Shown in pieces: positions 1 to 10,202 of a stretch of DNA of 64,000 nt. Made by a program: the position numbers and the translations under genes. The notes beneath the pieces are model-generated. The model had not been told where the DNA came from, ran no database searches, and saw nothing but the letters and a program-made list of their open reading frames with translations. Each line of letters opens with the position of its first letter. The stretch's first letter is position 1. This DNA comes from a virus: IMG/VR virus record IMGVR_UViG_3300044613_003178. One strand, given 5' to 3'.

Positions 1-2797
1 CCGGTGAATATGTTGGTGCTGCAGTGTTGACAAATCCTGCTTTTTTTCCGTGATAGTAACCAATTTTAAATGATTGAGTACCAGATAAAGTAGCAACATA
101 TACAGAAATTGTAAGATATTTACCTTCAGTTTCTGTTGCGTTCCAATTTGTGCTTGTACCGGGTTTACAAAAATTTGCAAAAATACCATTATTTAAATTT
201 GAAGTTAATGATGAATTATTTACGAAAGTTACTTTTGTTCCTGTGGTTGAAGTTATTATACCATCAGTAAATGTAATCGAACTTTCTGTTTCTTTTCCTG
301 CAATATTTGTTGTAGCAGCACCAATTGAAGAATCTGCTGCTTGTCCATCTCTATATCTAAGCCAAGTTATTGAAGTCATTACATTACTATTCAAGAAATA
401 GTTGCTATATGTGACTGTTGATGTACCATTTGATTCTATTGTTTCACCAGTATCAGCAATATAAACTTTACTAAATGCTGAACCATATTTATTTGTTATC
501 TTGATTGATGGAATACCAGAAATAATATCTGCTACAGTATTATTTACTGCAAGTTCAATGCCATCTCCCTCTTGAAGACCAATCAGAGCACCATTTATAG
601 AATTTGTAGTTGTAAATCTAAACGCTGGTATTTCATAATCTTGTGTTGTTCCTATAGTTGTAGCGTTTCTTGGTATTCGTACTATACCAAAATTTCTTGT
701 AGGTGTTATACCAAAGTTATTTTGTTTTGCTGTCGGATAACCAGTATCAAAACCTGTTTTAGCAAATTTGTCTTGTAATAATGTTGTTGGTGTATCCCAC
801 GAAATTACACCAGAAGAATTTGCACTTAAAATTGAATTATTAGTTGTAACTTGTAAAGTTGGTGTTCCGCTAGAATTACCAATCAAAACAGAATTTGGAT
901 TAAATGTTGCAAGCTTTGTTATTGTTATGCTACCGTTTGAAACACTTGCTACAGATTGACCTGTTGCCTCTATTAATAAACCACCACCGACTCCAAGATA
1001 TTCTCTAATTCCTATACCGGTTCCTGCATAAATTTGAAGATTGTCATCATAAGTTGCAGTTTTACTACCAGGAATGTCATTTGTACTACTATCACCAATC
1101 CAAGAAACTGTTCTAAAATACTTACCTTTAATTGTGATCTTGTCGCCGTTTGTATCTACTTTATTATCTGCAACTACCTCTATACCACCACCATTACCTG
1201 TTAATAGAAGAGTTTCACTTGGATAAAACGCTGAAACACTTCCTCCGCTATCTGTAGAAATAGTTGAATATGTTGGTTGATTACCAAGTGTAGAGGCACT
1301 TATCACTATTTTATTTGATCCAGGAACTGTTTGTAATGTAATACCTGAACCTGCATCTATTGTAAATACATCATTTGGTGCGTCTGCTGTCACTTCAGCA
1401 CCACTTACTAAAGTACCACCGCTTGAAGCAACTGCATTGAATCTTCCAAAAGAAAGTCCTTGAGCACTAACTGGGAAGAATATACCACCAGTTGTACTTG
1501 TTGCAACAAATACTGGCTTTACTATGCCACTTGCTGGTTTTGTTAGAGTATAATTTGGTGAACCACTTGTTAAATAATAAACTGCACCAACATCAAGATT
1601 TGAATAAGATCCTGGGATATTACTTAGTACGAACTCACCATGAGTTACTACCCAAATTTTACCACCACTTATTCTTTCAACAATACCAATAGAATATGCT
1701 TCTGATTCTTCTGATGAAGAAGTTAATGAACATTTAACTACTGTTGCTTGATTGTTTGTATCGTTGTATATTTTTACAACATTACCAACTTCCAATCCTG
1801 CAGAATAATTAGAAGTTATATAACGGTTTGTCCACTTAGAATCTAGAATACCATTTGAGTTACTAATTGGAATTATACTTGTTGAGTAATCTGTAACTGT
1901 CTTGAAATTGGTTGTTGAACCTAAAACATTACCAATTTGGATTTTATCTGTTACAACGAATGTACTTGTAACTGGATTTGTAGTTTCTACTGTTGCATAG
2001 AATACTCTAGTTTCGGTATCAGTATTTGTATAATCTTTGTATATAAAATTAAGAGCTCTATCAACATTTCTTGCTTCAATTATCCAAGATTTATCATCAT
2101 TATTTGTGCTATCAACACCCATGAACATTTCAAGTGCAACATCATATTGTGTTGATCCACTTGTTGTATACTTGAATTCTGCTCTTCTTCCTGTACCATT
2201 TGTCAAGAAAGCATAGCCATCTTGTAAACCTATATTTCTATTTGAGAACCAAGCAGACTTGGTTGTATTATATGTGAATTTTACTTTTGAACTTGATGTT
2301 GTATCAAGAATCAAACCAGAATCATTATCTGTTGTGGCATCATCATATTGTAATCTAAGAGCATTGTCTTTAACATTTAGTGCATTTACAGTTATAGTTC
2401 CAGTAAATTCATGATTACCGGATAGGGTTGGTGGTAGAATATTGGAAGCGAGAACCTTAAAAAGATCATTACTTGGTTCTGTTCCTGGCTTTTCTATTAC
2501 AAAATAATCTAAATTTGAAACAGAGGATTCTGATGTAAGATTTTCAATATCTAATGTTAGAGCACCAATAGCATCATTGGGATATGCTTTAAGACCTTTA
2601 CCAGTTTCAACATCGAGTATTACATTTCCACCGGAACGAGTCTCATTAAGACCTTTTCTTGGAGTAATATCGTAAATATTTAATGGATTGATAGCATCAA
2701 TTATTTGGTTAGTTGTTGTAAACCAAGTATAAAAATTATCACTTAATGCTAATTTTGTTATGTCTTGTACTAGATCGCTTCCGTCTGTATTACTCAT
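1..2797 (-). CDS. Large virion structural / tail-fibre-like protein, partial (runs off the window start)
   Basis: ATG at 2797 overlaps the upstream stop (ATGA). N-terminus MSNTDGSDLVQDITKLALSDNFYTWFTTTNQII resembles the DTF-x-W-x-x-x-TN start of T4-like fibre proteins. Ser/Thr/Gly-rich. Frame checked by hand only at both ends; absent from the ORF track, presumably because it has no stop in the window. Confidence 0.7.
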   Translation of the reverse strand, partial: MSNTDGSDLVQDITKLALSDNFYTWFTTTNQIIDAINPLNIYDITPRKGLNETRSGGNVILDVETGKGLKAYPNDAIGALTLDIENLTSESSVSNLDYFVIEKPGTEPSNDLFKVLASNILPPTLSGNHEFTGTITVNALNVKDNALRLQYDDATTDNDSGLILDTTSSSKVKFTYNTTKSAWFSNRNIGLQDGYAFLTNGTGRRAEFKYTTSGSTQYDVALEMFMGVDSTNNDDKSWIIEARNVDRALNFIYKDYTNTDTETRVFYATVETTNPVTSTFVVTDKIQIGNVLGSTTNFKTVTDYSTSIIPISNSNGILDSKWTNRYITSNYSAGLEVGNVVKIYNDTNNQATVVKCSLTSSSEESEAYSIGIVERISGGKIWVVTHGEFVLSNIPGSYSNLDVGAVYYLTSGSPNYTLTKPASGIVKPVFVATSTTGGIFFPVSAQGLSFGRFNAVASSGGTLVSGAEVTADAPNDVFTIDAGSGITLQTVPGSNKIVISASTLGNQPTYSTISTDSGGSVSAFYPSETLLLTGNGGGIEVVADNKVDTNGDKITIKGKYFRTVSWIGDSSTNDIPGSKTATYDDNLQIYAGTGIGIREYLGVGGGLLIEATGQSVASVSNGSITITKLATFNPNSVLIGNSSGTPTLQVTTNNSILSANSSGVISWDTPTTLLQDKFAKTGFDTGYPTAKQNNFGITPTRNFGIVRIPRNATTIGTTQDYEIPAFRFTTTNSINGALIGLQEGDGIELAVNNTVADIISGIPSIKITNKYGSAFSKVYIADTGETIESNGTSTVTYSNYFLNSNVMTSITWLRYRDGQAADSSIGAATTNIAGKETESSITFTDGIITSTTGTKVTFVNNSSLTSNLNNGIFANFCKPGTSTNWNATETEGKYLTISVYVATLSGTQSFKIGYYHGKKAGFVNTAAPTYSP

Positions 2798-3015
2798 TTC
2801 TTAATTTCCCGTATTAGATTGTTTAACAAATCTTTCAATTCGGTTATATCCTGCTTTAGTGATCCTACTGTTTCTTCTAAACCGCTTAATCTTTCTCTTT
2901 CTTTTCTTCTATTTTTAGCCGTAATAACTTCATTGACATTAGTATTCAAAAGTGCTCTTGAATATTTATCACGGCATAAATTGGGTTGTCCTTCAACTCT
3001 TATTTTTTGGTTCAT
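2794..3015 (-). CDS. Conserved small T4-like phage protein
   Basis: VEGQPNLCRDKYSRALLNTN motif plus C-terminal coiled coil; translationally coupled to both neighbours. Confidence 0.65.
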   Translation of the reverse strand: MNQKIRVEGQPNLCRDKYSRALLNTNVNEVITAKNRRKERERLSGLEETVGSLKQDITELKDLLNNLIREIKK

Positions 3016-6000
3016 GTTGTAGAAATAATCCTCAATTCCTTAGCAATTGGAACTATTGACTCATCTGTGCTATATAGGACAATTTTTATATTAAATTTAG
3101 AGAATTCTTCACCAACTTGGTCAGCATTTATTGTATATTTTACTTCTCTAAAGTCATTTTCATCTGCAGAAACAAAGTTTTCAAATTCTGGTGTCATTGA
3201 TTCATAATATTCTTCTATAAACGCAGAATCAGTTCCTTGCTTTTGTCTCTTTATGTAAACATCCACTGCTGTTCCCTGTGGTTTGCATAATTTCATGAAC
3301 ACTGAACAATTAGTAGATTCTAAACCAGGCTCCAATGTTATTGTCTTAGTAATATAACGAGCCTTAGCAGTAGTTGCTATTGGTAATAATTCTTCACTTG
3401 TTCTAGATTGTGTCGTTATCATATTTCTAACACAGATCATACTGATCTTGTCTGTATCGATTACAGGTGTTATGATACCATCGGATGATAAATCTAGAGA
3501 CAATCTTACAGAACTGCTATTATATAGAATCTTCTTATTTACACCAAAATCAATATTTGTATTTGGTTTGATTGAAGCAGATACTCTAGTTGCTGCATTT
3601 TCATTTAATGTTTCTAATGTTATTCCATCTATGGTATTGTTTAAATCGACATAAGATATGTTAACATTTGCTACAGAGTAATTGTCCTTTGACTTTCTCG
3701 TGTTTGGTTCACTTAGAACTAAAAGACCATCTGTTTCAAAGTCACATCTATTAATGACAAACATTAAATCTGTTCCTTGGATTTCTGTCCAAATAGTGTT
3801 ATTATTTGTCTTATACATCTTACCGGAATATGGTTGTTCTGAGATTGGTATTCCAGTGTTAATTTGAACTTCACCAATTTCTGCTGAATATACAGAGTAT
3901 TCAGAACTATTACTATTCAATACCAATGCATGTTCTCCTGGCAACAAATGTATTGGAGCATCAAATGTAAATTTAGTTCCATTAGATGCAACTGAACCAT
4001 CTTTTGATCCTGGGGTTGGTGTTACACCATCTTGTATAATCGAACTTGTTGATGGGACTATAGTTTTTGATGCATATGGATATGCATATGAGCCTTCACC
4101 TATTAGTGGATAACCAGATACAACTGGTCTTACTTCTAAGGTTACTGGTATATTTTGAGTGTCAATTGAACGGAAGAACAACTCAACACTCTTAATATAA
4201 ACACCTTGTGGATAGTTATTACCATCTACGAAGAATGTTTGTGCTAATAGTGTTTTTGGTTTGTTAAGAGTATCGACAATTGCTGGTCTTGTATTTACAA
4301 AATAATCGTTTGTATTTGTATTTGCACCTGCTGCAACATATTTCGATTCTGCTATTGTTTGTGCTGCCTCTCTGTTACCAGATTGATTATCCATTACAGT
4401 TAGTAACTTCTCACCAACTTTAAATTTACCAGATGGTAAGTTGAATGTGAATGAAATTGAACCACTGGAATCTGTCTTATTATTAGAACCATTTACAAAA
4501 TCATTACTACCAATCTTACAATATGAATCGATTCTTATTCCATCAAAATATGGATATACTAATGTTTTTGGTTTCAATCCAGTAATACTTACTGAGATTG
4601 TTTTTTCTCTCATGAAAGGAATAATATCCTTGTCAACTACCTTTTCACCAACATTTACTTTGGTTGGTTTTGGTGTTTCTGAAACTGGTAGAGGAGCGGG
4701 GAAAATTAATTTTTCACCATTAATATTCTTATATCCTGCACCGAATCGATAACCACCACTTCCTCTTGTTGAACCAAATTTTCTTCTTGGAATTCCTTGC
4801 CAGAATGTTCTCCAAGAGTCATAATTTGTACCAAATGCTCCGGTATTATTATTCTTTACGCTTGGTTTTACATTTATAAATGAATCATTTTCACCTTCTT
4901 GATTTGAGAGAACTTGTGGAGTCTTTGTATCATCAAACCAAGAATCACTAGATGGTGAGAGATTCATTCTACCTGTCCATACAGTATCAGCAAATGCATT
5001 TATTGTAGTTAATGTGCTTGATAATGGCTGAATAATTAGTGGTGTCTCTGTGTAATCAAGAGTTACTAATCCTGTAGTATTATTGATATTGATATTTGTG
5101 CTAGTTGCTGTATTTACATCAAAACCAATAACAGTTGTTTTGAATGGTGGTCTTAACAAGTTGTTTCCAACATCTATAGAACAGTTATAATCAGAACTTA
5201 ATGTATCACCTGTTCCATGACCAGAGAATCCATCAACAAGAATTGAAGTTTTGATTAATTCTTCACCAGTTGTTGAATCTGGAATACTTTGCTCTTTAGC
5301 GGTCTTTTCCAAAAGATTCATTCTGGTTGTGTGCTCTAATTCACTAATTCTTCTTTCAAGATCTCTAATGTCACTCATTGTATATCTTTGATGATTATAT
5401 GGAGTGATCTTCAAATCACCAATATTTGAAAGATATGCAGGTGACTCTATAGTATAGAGAGTCATTGAATTTGGTTCATCTGGTGGTATAACCGGGGTTA
5501 GTGATGAAGGACTTGAAATTACTTTAAATTTTCTATCTCTAGTTAGAACCAATTTATAGTTCTTAGCCTGATAGTATGAATAATCAACAGTAAATGATTC
5601 TGTTATAACAGGTATACCATAGATACCATCCAATGTGCCAGATGAGTTTCTATATGGTCTAAAATCAATCACTGTATCAAGTTTATATTTTTCATTAGTA
5701 GAGGGACTTATATATTCCGGAATATCATTGTGTGATTCATAAGAGTTAACAACAATTGGTCCATTACCTTGATGTTCGAAATATGTGTATGTTATCAATA
5801 CCTGTTCATTTGACAGAATAAATACACCATTATTTTCTGGTTTCAATTTGAATGTTGCATAATCATAGATATTATCTGTTTGACCATTATTTAGTGTAAA
5901 ATATGTTAAATCATAAATTGCACCAGTTGTTGTTGTCATATAATCAACAGAAATTATATCTGATTGTGGTATTGTTAGAACACCACTTGAATTGAATGTT

Positions 6001-9000
6001 AGTACCTTTGTTGCTCTCTTCTTTACTTTGCTTCTAATACCAACACCTGTTTGTGTTGAACCACCAACAGACATGGTTGCGATTAATTTATAATCACCAT
6101 CTGGCAAAATTCTATTACCACCAGATTGCTTCATATAAAGTGTTAAGGTTGAAGAAGCTCCTTCACTTGTATTGTTTGTAATAATCTTATCAAAATATCT
6201 TGTATCTGATAGGTTATAAACTTTACCATTATCGGTATTTAAGAAGATATAGTGCTCTAGAAGATCTGCCATATCAACTTTACCAGTTTCTTCACCTGTT
6301 CCAGAAGCACCACCTATAAATCTTATATTTGCTGGTAAACCTGGCTCTATTAGTTTTGTTGTACTTGTAGTGTTTATTGTTACATTAATGTCTCTTTGAA
6401 TTCTATATTTAAAATCACTAACATTTTGAACAATGTCACCAACTGGTAAATCAAACAATAGTGTGTTTTGTTGTGGTGAATATATTGTTGAAACACCATT
6501 TGCAGTTTCTATAGCAAATAAATCATTTTCATTTGTATCTGCAATGTGTGTTGTAGAATTTAATGGATATTTTGATGTTGTAGAACCAATATTCAACATT
6601 GCAATGTCGAATAAGTGTACACTATATCTTTCCTCTGAAATTCTATGTAATTGTCTTAATTTTGCATTTCCTGTTACAGTTGTGGATACCAAACCACCTG
6701 TTGGAACCTTTGTACTATCAACAGCATATGTTACTGATGGAGATCTTCCTTTAATTGATAATGGACTAGATGATGGTGCTCCGATATTGAACGAGAATGG
6801 CAATGAAACACCATTTAGTGTGTTTGGTGTTAAGACAAATGTTGTTGTGCTTTCATCTTCGGTTGCTGCAGGATTATCAACATCACCAGCCTTAAAGAAT
6901 ACAACCTTTCCTTCACTAGTGATACCGCTATTTCTTTGTGTTATAATATCACCAATTCTGGCTTCCTTGCCTTTCTTAAAGTTTTGTTCTGCTGAAATTA
7001 TAATTTGTTTAGCAGAACCAAATGCATTATCTTCATCGAAATCTTTTCCACTAACATATGAATCAGAAACATGAACAAATACACCAGATGCTTTTTCTAT
7101 TTCTTCGAATGATGATACTGTGTTTTCATTGTGTTTTGCCAAATCCCAACCTCTACCACCATAATGAATACCTGTTCCTATTTCAAAAACCCAACCAGAT
7201 TCTTTATTAAATTTATTTTTCTCTTGTAGAATAATTAGTGTTCTTGTATTTGCATCCCATGATACAACAGTTCCTTTTGCTACACACTTCGATGAAACAA
7301 AATTTGTTGGTGGTGTTAAACTATCAATTGGTAAACTGTTTACATCAAATTGGAATACTCTGTTACCAGCAGTATATTCACCATAAATTGCAGATTCGGT
7401 AAATTTAATTGTTGTAAATTCACCACAAGTTGAGTTGTCTAAAACTACTACTCCCTTGATAGCATAGCAAGCACATGGTGCATATAACAAGCCAACATTA
7501 GAATAGAGTGCTGGATTTGGATTTACATTTGTAACAAAATCATCACTACCTTTCATTTCAACATAAATTTTATAATTACCAGCATCTGGACTTTCACTAA
7601 CTGCTAAAACTATACCTGTTGCTTCTCTTGTGCTTCCACCAACCGTATCATAAACTTGAGTTATGAGATCACCAATACGATATTTACCAAAACCATCAGT
7701 TGCAGTTGGTGGATTTGTTTGTGAACAATCCTCAACTCCTGTTGCCTTTGTTAGTGTTATTTGAACAATATTATTTTGTATTTGAACAGTTTCAATACTA
7801 CTTCCATAGGAAATATCACTACCAACTTCTGGATTAAATACTACACCAGATTCTTCTCCTACACCATCTGTAATATTTGATCCTGGTAATGAGAATCCTC
7901 TTGTTGCACCTGAACCGAATACTATATTTCCTGTTCCTTGTTTGATATATAATGCACTTCCACTAGTTACGCCTGAAGAACCAGCAGGAACCCATCTTCT
8001 AGTTTCTGCTTTCTTTACAGTAATATAATTTAAAATTTCTGCAGATGTTGGTTCATCTGGAATTGCATTTTTTATATTCTTATAGTCAACTTGATAGACA
8101 TAATTTTTTGTAGTATCTCTATATTCATCAGTGCCAAATTGATCATCAAGATCAGCATTACCATCTTGACCATATGCTGTTCTAAAATTACCGTGATATG
8201 GCTCAGTGAATACCAATCTGCTTATATTATTTTCAGTTGCAAATGATGATTTGTTTATATTGTAGTAAATACTATTTGTTGCAGATACTTTTTGTCCTAT
8301 AGTTTTCTTTCTAGTATCTGTTGTTTCTTCTGGTCTAATAAGACCATATGTAGTTGAACCTGTTGGCAATTCCTTTAATAATGCAAGACCACCTGCTTCG
8401 GAATTTGGTTCCAAGAACAATATACTTGAGTAATTTGTATGTTCTGAAGCAAACAAAGGTGACCAATATTTTACAGGTAATGATGCTTCTTGTTCTTCTA
8501 CCTTTGGTAAATTGATTTCAACAAATTGACCCTTCAACTTTACTGGTGGGAATTCATTTATGTTCAATGAAGAAGAATAATCATTAAATTTATACAAACC
8601 ATCTGCACCAAGAGTTGTTGTTGCGACGAAATAATTTCCAACATTTGCGTTTACTTCATAATTATTTAAAAATACAGTATCTCTTGGTTTATCTATTGAT
8701 ATATTTGTATTGTTAATATTTTCAAACTCATAACCATAAACATATGCTTTGCCTGGTTGTACTGATAAAACAAACTTATCTTCTGATCCTTTTGGTGTAT
8801 CTGTTAATGTATATGTTCCTGTTTCATCTTGATCAATTGTTACTATTGGAGTATCTTGTACATTGACTACTGCATAGAAAACGCCACCTTCAGGAACTGC
8901 ATTACCTTTTCTAAAAAGATAAAACTTTGTGTTCAATCCTATCGTCAATACATCATTTATGTCTGTTTCTTGATATTTTGCTGTAATTGTTGCGTATGGA

Positions 9001-10193
9001 CTATCTGAACTTGCGCTAACATTTACAATATCCAAAAGAGATGTTTTTGCAGTAGTTTCATCATAAACCTTTAATATATCATTTGGAAATGGTGGTAAAT
9101 TGCCAGTTTCTGAGGAATAACTAAATGTATCTTGAACTGATGATGATATTGGTTTTGTGATATCACCAAGATATCGTGAAACTACAAACTTAAATTTATC
9201 AGAACGAATATGATTTTTGAGTTCTAGACCAAATGGTTTAACTGTATAAGAACCAGATTCATCATAAGTTCTTCTAGCAAATATTTCAAGCAAATCGGAA
9301 TATGTTGGAGTTCTTCTTACGAAATCCAATTTACCATTTACTGTTCTTGCAAGTTCAATAAAATCTTCTGTTGAATATTCTTCTGGTTTTGTTTCTTTAT
9401 CATCAAAAACATATGATGTCAAATTCAACTCTATAACATATCTATCTGCTCCGGGTGCATTAAAATTATATGAACCATTTGCAGGATCTTTTAATGTTTC
9501 GTCTTCGGTTGCGTCTACAGTTATTCTATTTAATGAGAATCCAACTCTGTTTGTTGGTGTTGAAAAATCTCTAAATCCAGATGTTGAATCTAATTTATAA
9601 AGTGAAGTTGTTTGTTTTGTATTGTTTACGAAGAAACCATCAACATAAAATATACCTTCTTCAACAGAAACAAGACTTGCTGAACCAGAAACAGGAATTG
9701 AAGTATCAACTGTTGTTGATTTTACTGTTATGGATTGGACAGTAGAACCTATGAACAATCTTTGTGCATTGTTCAATTCATTTCCAGTTAGATACTGTAA
9801 GAATAAAATTGTATATTCGTCTGTTCCTATAACTTCTGGTAGAGTATAAACAATTTTTGCTTTACTTGCTGTTGTGGATCCAAGAACATCTGTGCTGCTG
9901 GTGTCTGATATGACCTTACCTCTTAGATCCTCATGATTTATATCAGTTTGTTTTACTCTGAGGAACTTACACTCAGTAAGTGTAGAAACACCACCATATA
10001 CAAGACTACCATTTTTAAATACATGGCTACCAAGTTTTGATACTTGATTTTGTAATAGTGTTTGTAATTGAGTTAGTTCTCTTGCTTGAACAGAATAGCC
10101 CGGTTTAAAAAGAATTCTTAAAAAATTCTTTGTATCGGCAAAATCGTCGTAATAAGGCGAACCGGAAAGTATATCTGTGTGTTTATATGCCAT
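3012..10193 (-). CDS. Large baseplate-associated virion protein (DUF4815 / VrlC-like)
   Basis: N-terminus PYYDDF..KNFLRILFKPGYSVQARELTQLQTLLQNQ, plus APGADRY, ARRTYDESGSYTV, RYTMSDIRDLERRI and LAQTFFVD motifs typical of this family; 2393 aa. Confidence 0.85.
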   Translation of the reverse strand: MAYKHTDILSGSPYYDDFADTKNFLRILFKPGYSVQARELTQLQTLLQNQVSKLGSHVFKNGSLVYGGVSTLTECKFLRVKQTDINHEDLRGKVISDTSSTDVLGSTTASKAKIVYTLPEVIGTDEYTILFLQYLTGNELNNAQRLFIGSTVQSITVKSTTVDTSIPVSGSASLVSVEEGIFYVDGFFVNNTKQTTSLYKLDSTSGFRDFSTPTNRVGFSLNRITVDATEDETLKDPANGSYNFNAPGADRYVIELNLTSYVFDDKETKPEEYSTEDFIELARTVNGKLDFVRRTPTYSDLLEIFARRTYDESGSYTVKPFGLELKNHIRSDKFKFVVSRYLGDITKPISSSVQDTFSYSSETGNLPPFPNDILKVYDETTAKTSLLDIVNVSASSDSPYATITAKYQETDINDVLTIGLNTKFYLFRKGNAVPEGGVFYAVVNVQDTPIVTIDQDETGTYTLTDTPKGSEDKFVLSVQPGKAYVYGYEFENINNTNISIDKPRDTVFLNNYEVNANVGNYFVATTTLGADGLYKFNDYSSSLNINEFPPVKLKGQFVEINLPKVEEQEASLPVKYWSPLFASEHTNYSSILFLEPNSEAGGLALLKELPTGSTTYGLIRPEETTDTRKKTIGQKVSATNSIYYNINKSSFATENNISRLVFTEPYHGNFRTAYGQDGNADLDDQFGTDEYRDTTKNYVYQVDYKNIKNAIPDEPTSAEILNYITVKKAETRRWVPAGSSGVTSGSALYIKQGTGNIVFGSGATRGFSLPGSNITDGVGEESGVVFNPEVGSDISYGSSIETVQIQNNIVQITLTKATGVEDCSQTNPPTATDGFGKYRIGDLITQVYDTVGGSTREATGIVLAVSESPDAGNYKIYVEMKGSDDFVTNVNPNPALYSNVGLLYAPCACYAIKGVVVLDNSTCGEFTTIKFTESAIYGEYTAGNRVFQFDVNSLPIDSLTPPTNFVSSKCVAKGTVVSWDANTRTLIILQEKNKFNKESGWVFEIGTGIHYGGRGWDLAKHNENTVSSFEEIEKASGVFVHVSDSYVSGKDFDEDNAFGSAKQIIISAEQNFKKGKEARIGDIITQRNSGITSEGKVVFFKAGDVDNPAATEDESTTTFVLTPNTLNGVSLPFSFNIGAPSSSPLSIKGRSPSVTYAVDSTKVPTGGLVSTTVTGNAKLRQLHRISEERYSVHLFDIAMLNIGSTTSKYPLNSTTHIADTNENDLFAIETANGVSTIYSPQQNTLLFDLPVGDIVQNVSDFKYRIQRDINVTINTTSTTKLIEPGLPANIRFIGGASGTGEETGKVDMADLLEHYIFLNTDNGKVYNLSDTRYFDKIITNNTSEGASSTLTLYMKQSGGNRILPDGDYKLIATMSVGGSTQTGVGIRSKVKKRATKVLTFNSSGVLTIPQSDIISVDYMTTTTGAIYDLTYFTLNNGQTDNIYDYATFKLKPENNGVFILSNEQVLITYTYFEHQGNGPIVVNSYESHNDIPEYISPSTNEKYKLDTVIDFRPYRNSSGTLDGIYGIPVITESFTVDYSYYQAKNYKLVLTRDRKFKVISSPSSLTPVIPPDEPNSMTLYTIESPAYLSNIGDLKITPYNHQRYTMSDIRDLERRISELEHTTRMNLLEKTAKEQSIPDSTTGEELIKTSILVDGFSGHGTGDTLSSDYNCSIDVGNNLLRPPFKTTVIGFDVNTATSTNININNTTGLVTLDYTETPLIIQPLSSTLTTINAFADTVWTGRMNLSPSSDSWFDDTKTPQVLSNQEGENDSFINVKPSVKNNNTGAFGTNYDSWRTFWQGIPRRKFGSTRGSGGYRFGAGYKNINGEKLIFPAPLPVSETPKPTKVNVGEKVVDKDIIPFMREKTISVSITGLKPKTLVYPYFDGIRIDSYCKIGSNDFVNGSNNKTDSSGSISFTFNLPSGKFKVGEKLLTVMDNQSGNREAAQTIAESKYVAAGANTNTNDYFVNTRPAIVDTLNKPKTLLAQTFFVDGNNYPQGVYIKSVELFFRSIDTQNIPVTLEVRPVVSGYPLIGEGSYAYPYASKTIVPSTSSIIQDGVTPTPGSKDGSVASNGTKFTFDAPIHLLPGEHALVLNSNSSEYSVYSAEIGEVQINTGIPISEQPYSGKMYKTNNNTIWTEIQGTDLMFVINRCDFETDGLLVLSEPNTRKSKDNYSVANVNISYVDLNNTIDGITLETLNENAATRVSASIKPNTNIDFGVNKKILYNSSSVRLSLDLSSDGIITPVIDTDKISMICVRNMITTQSRTSEELLPIATTAKARYITKTITLEPGLESTNCSVFMKLCKPQGTAVDVYIKRQKQGTDSAFIEEYYESMTPEFENFVSADENDFREVKYTINADQVGEEFSKFNIKIVLYSTDESIVPIAKELRIISTT

Positions 10194-10202
10194 TTAATTA
10201 CC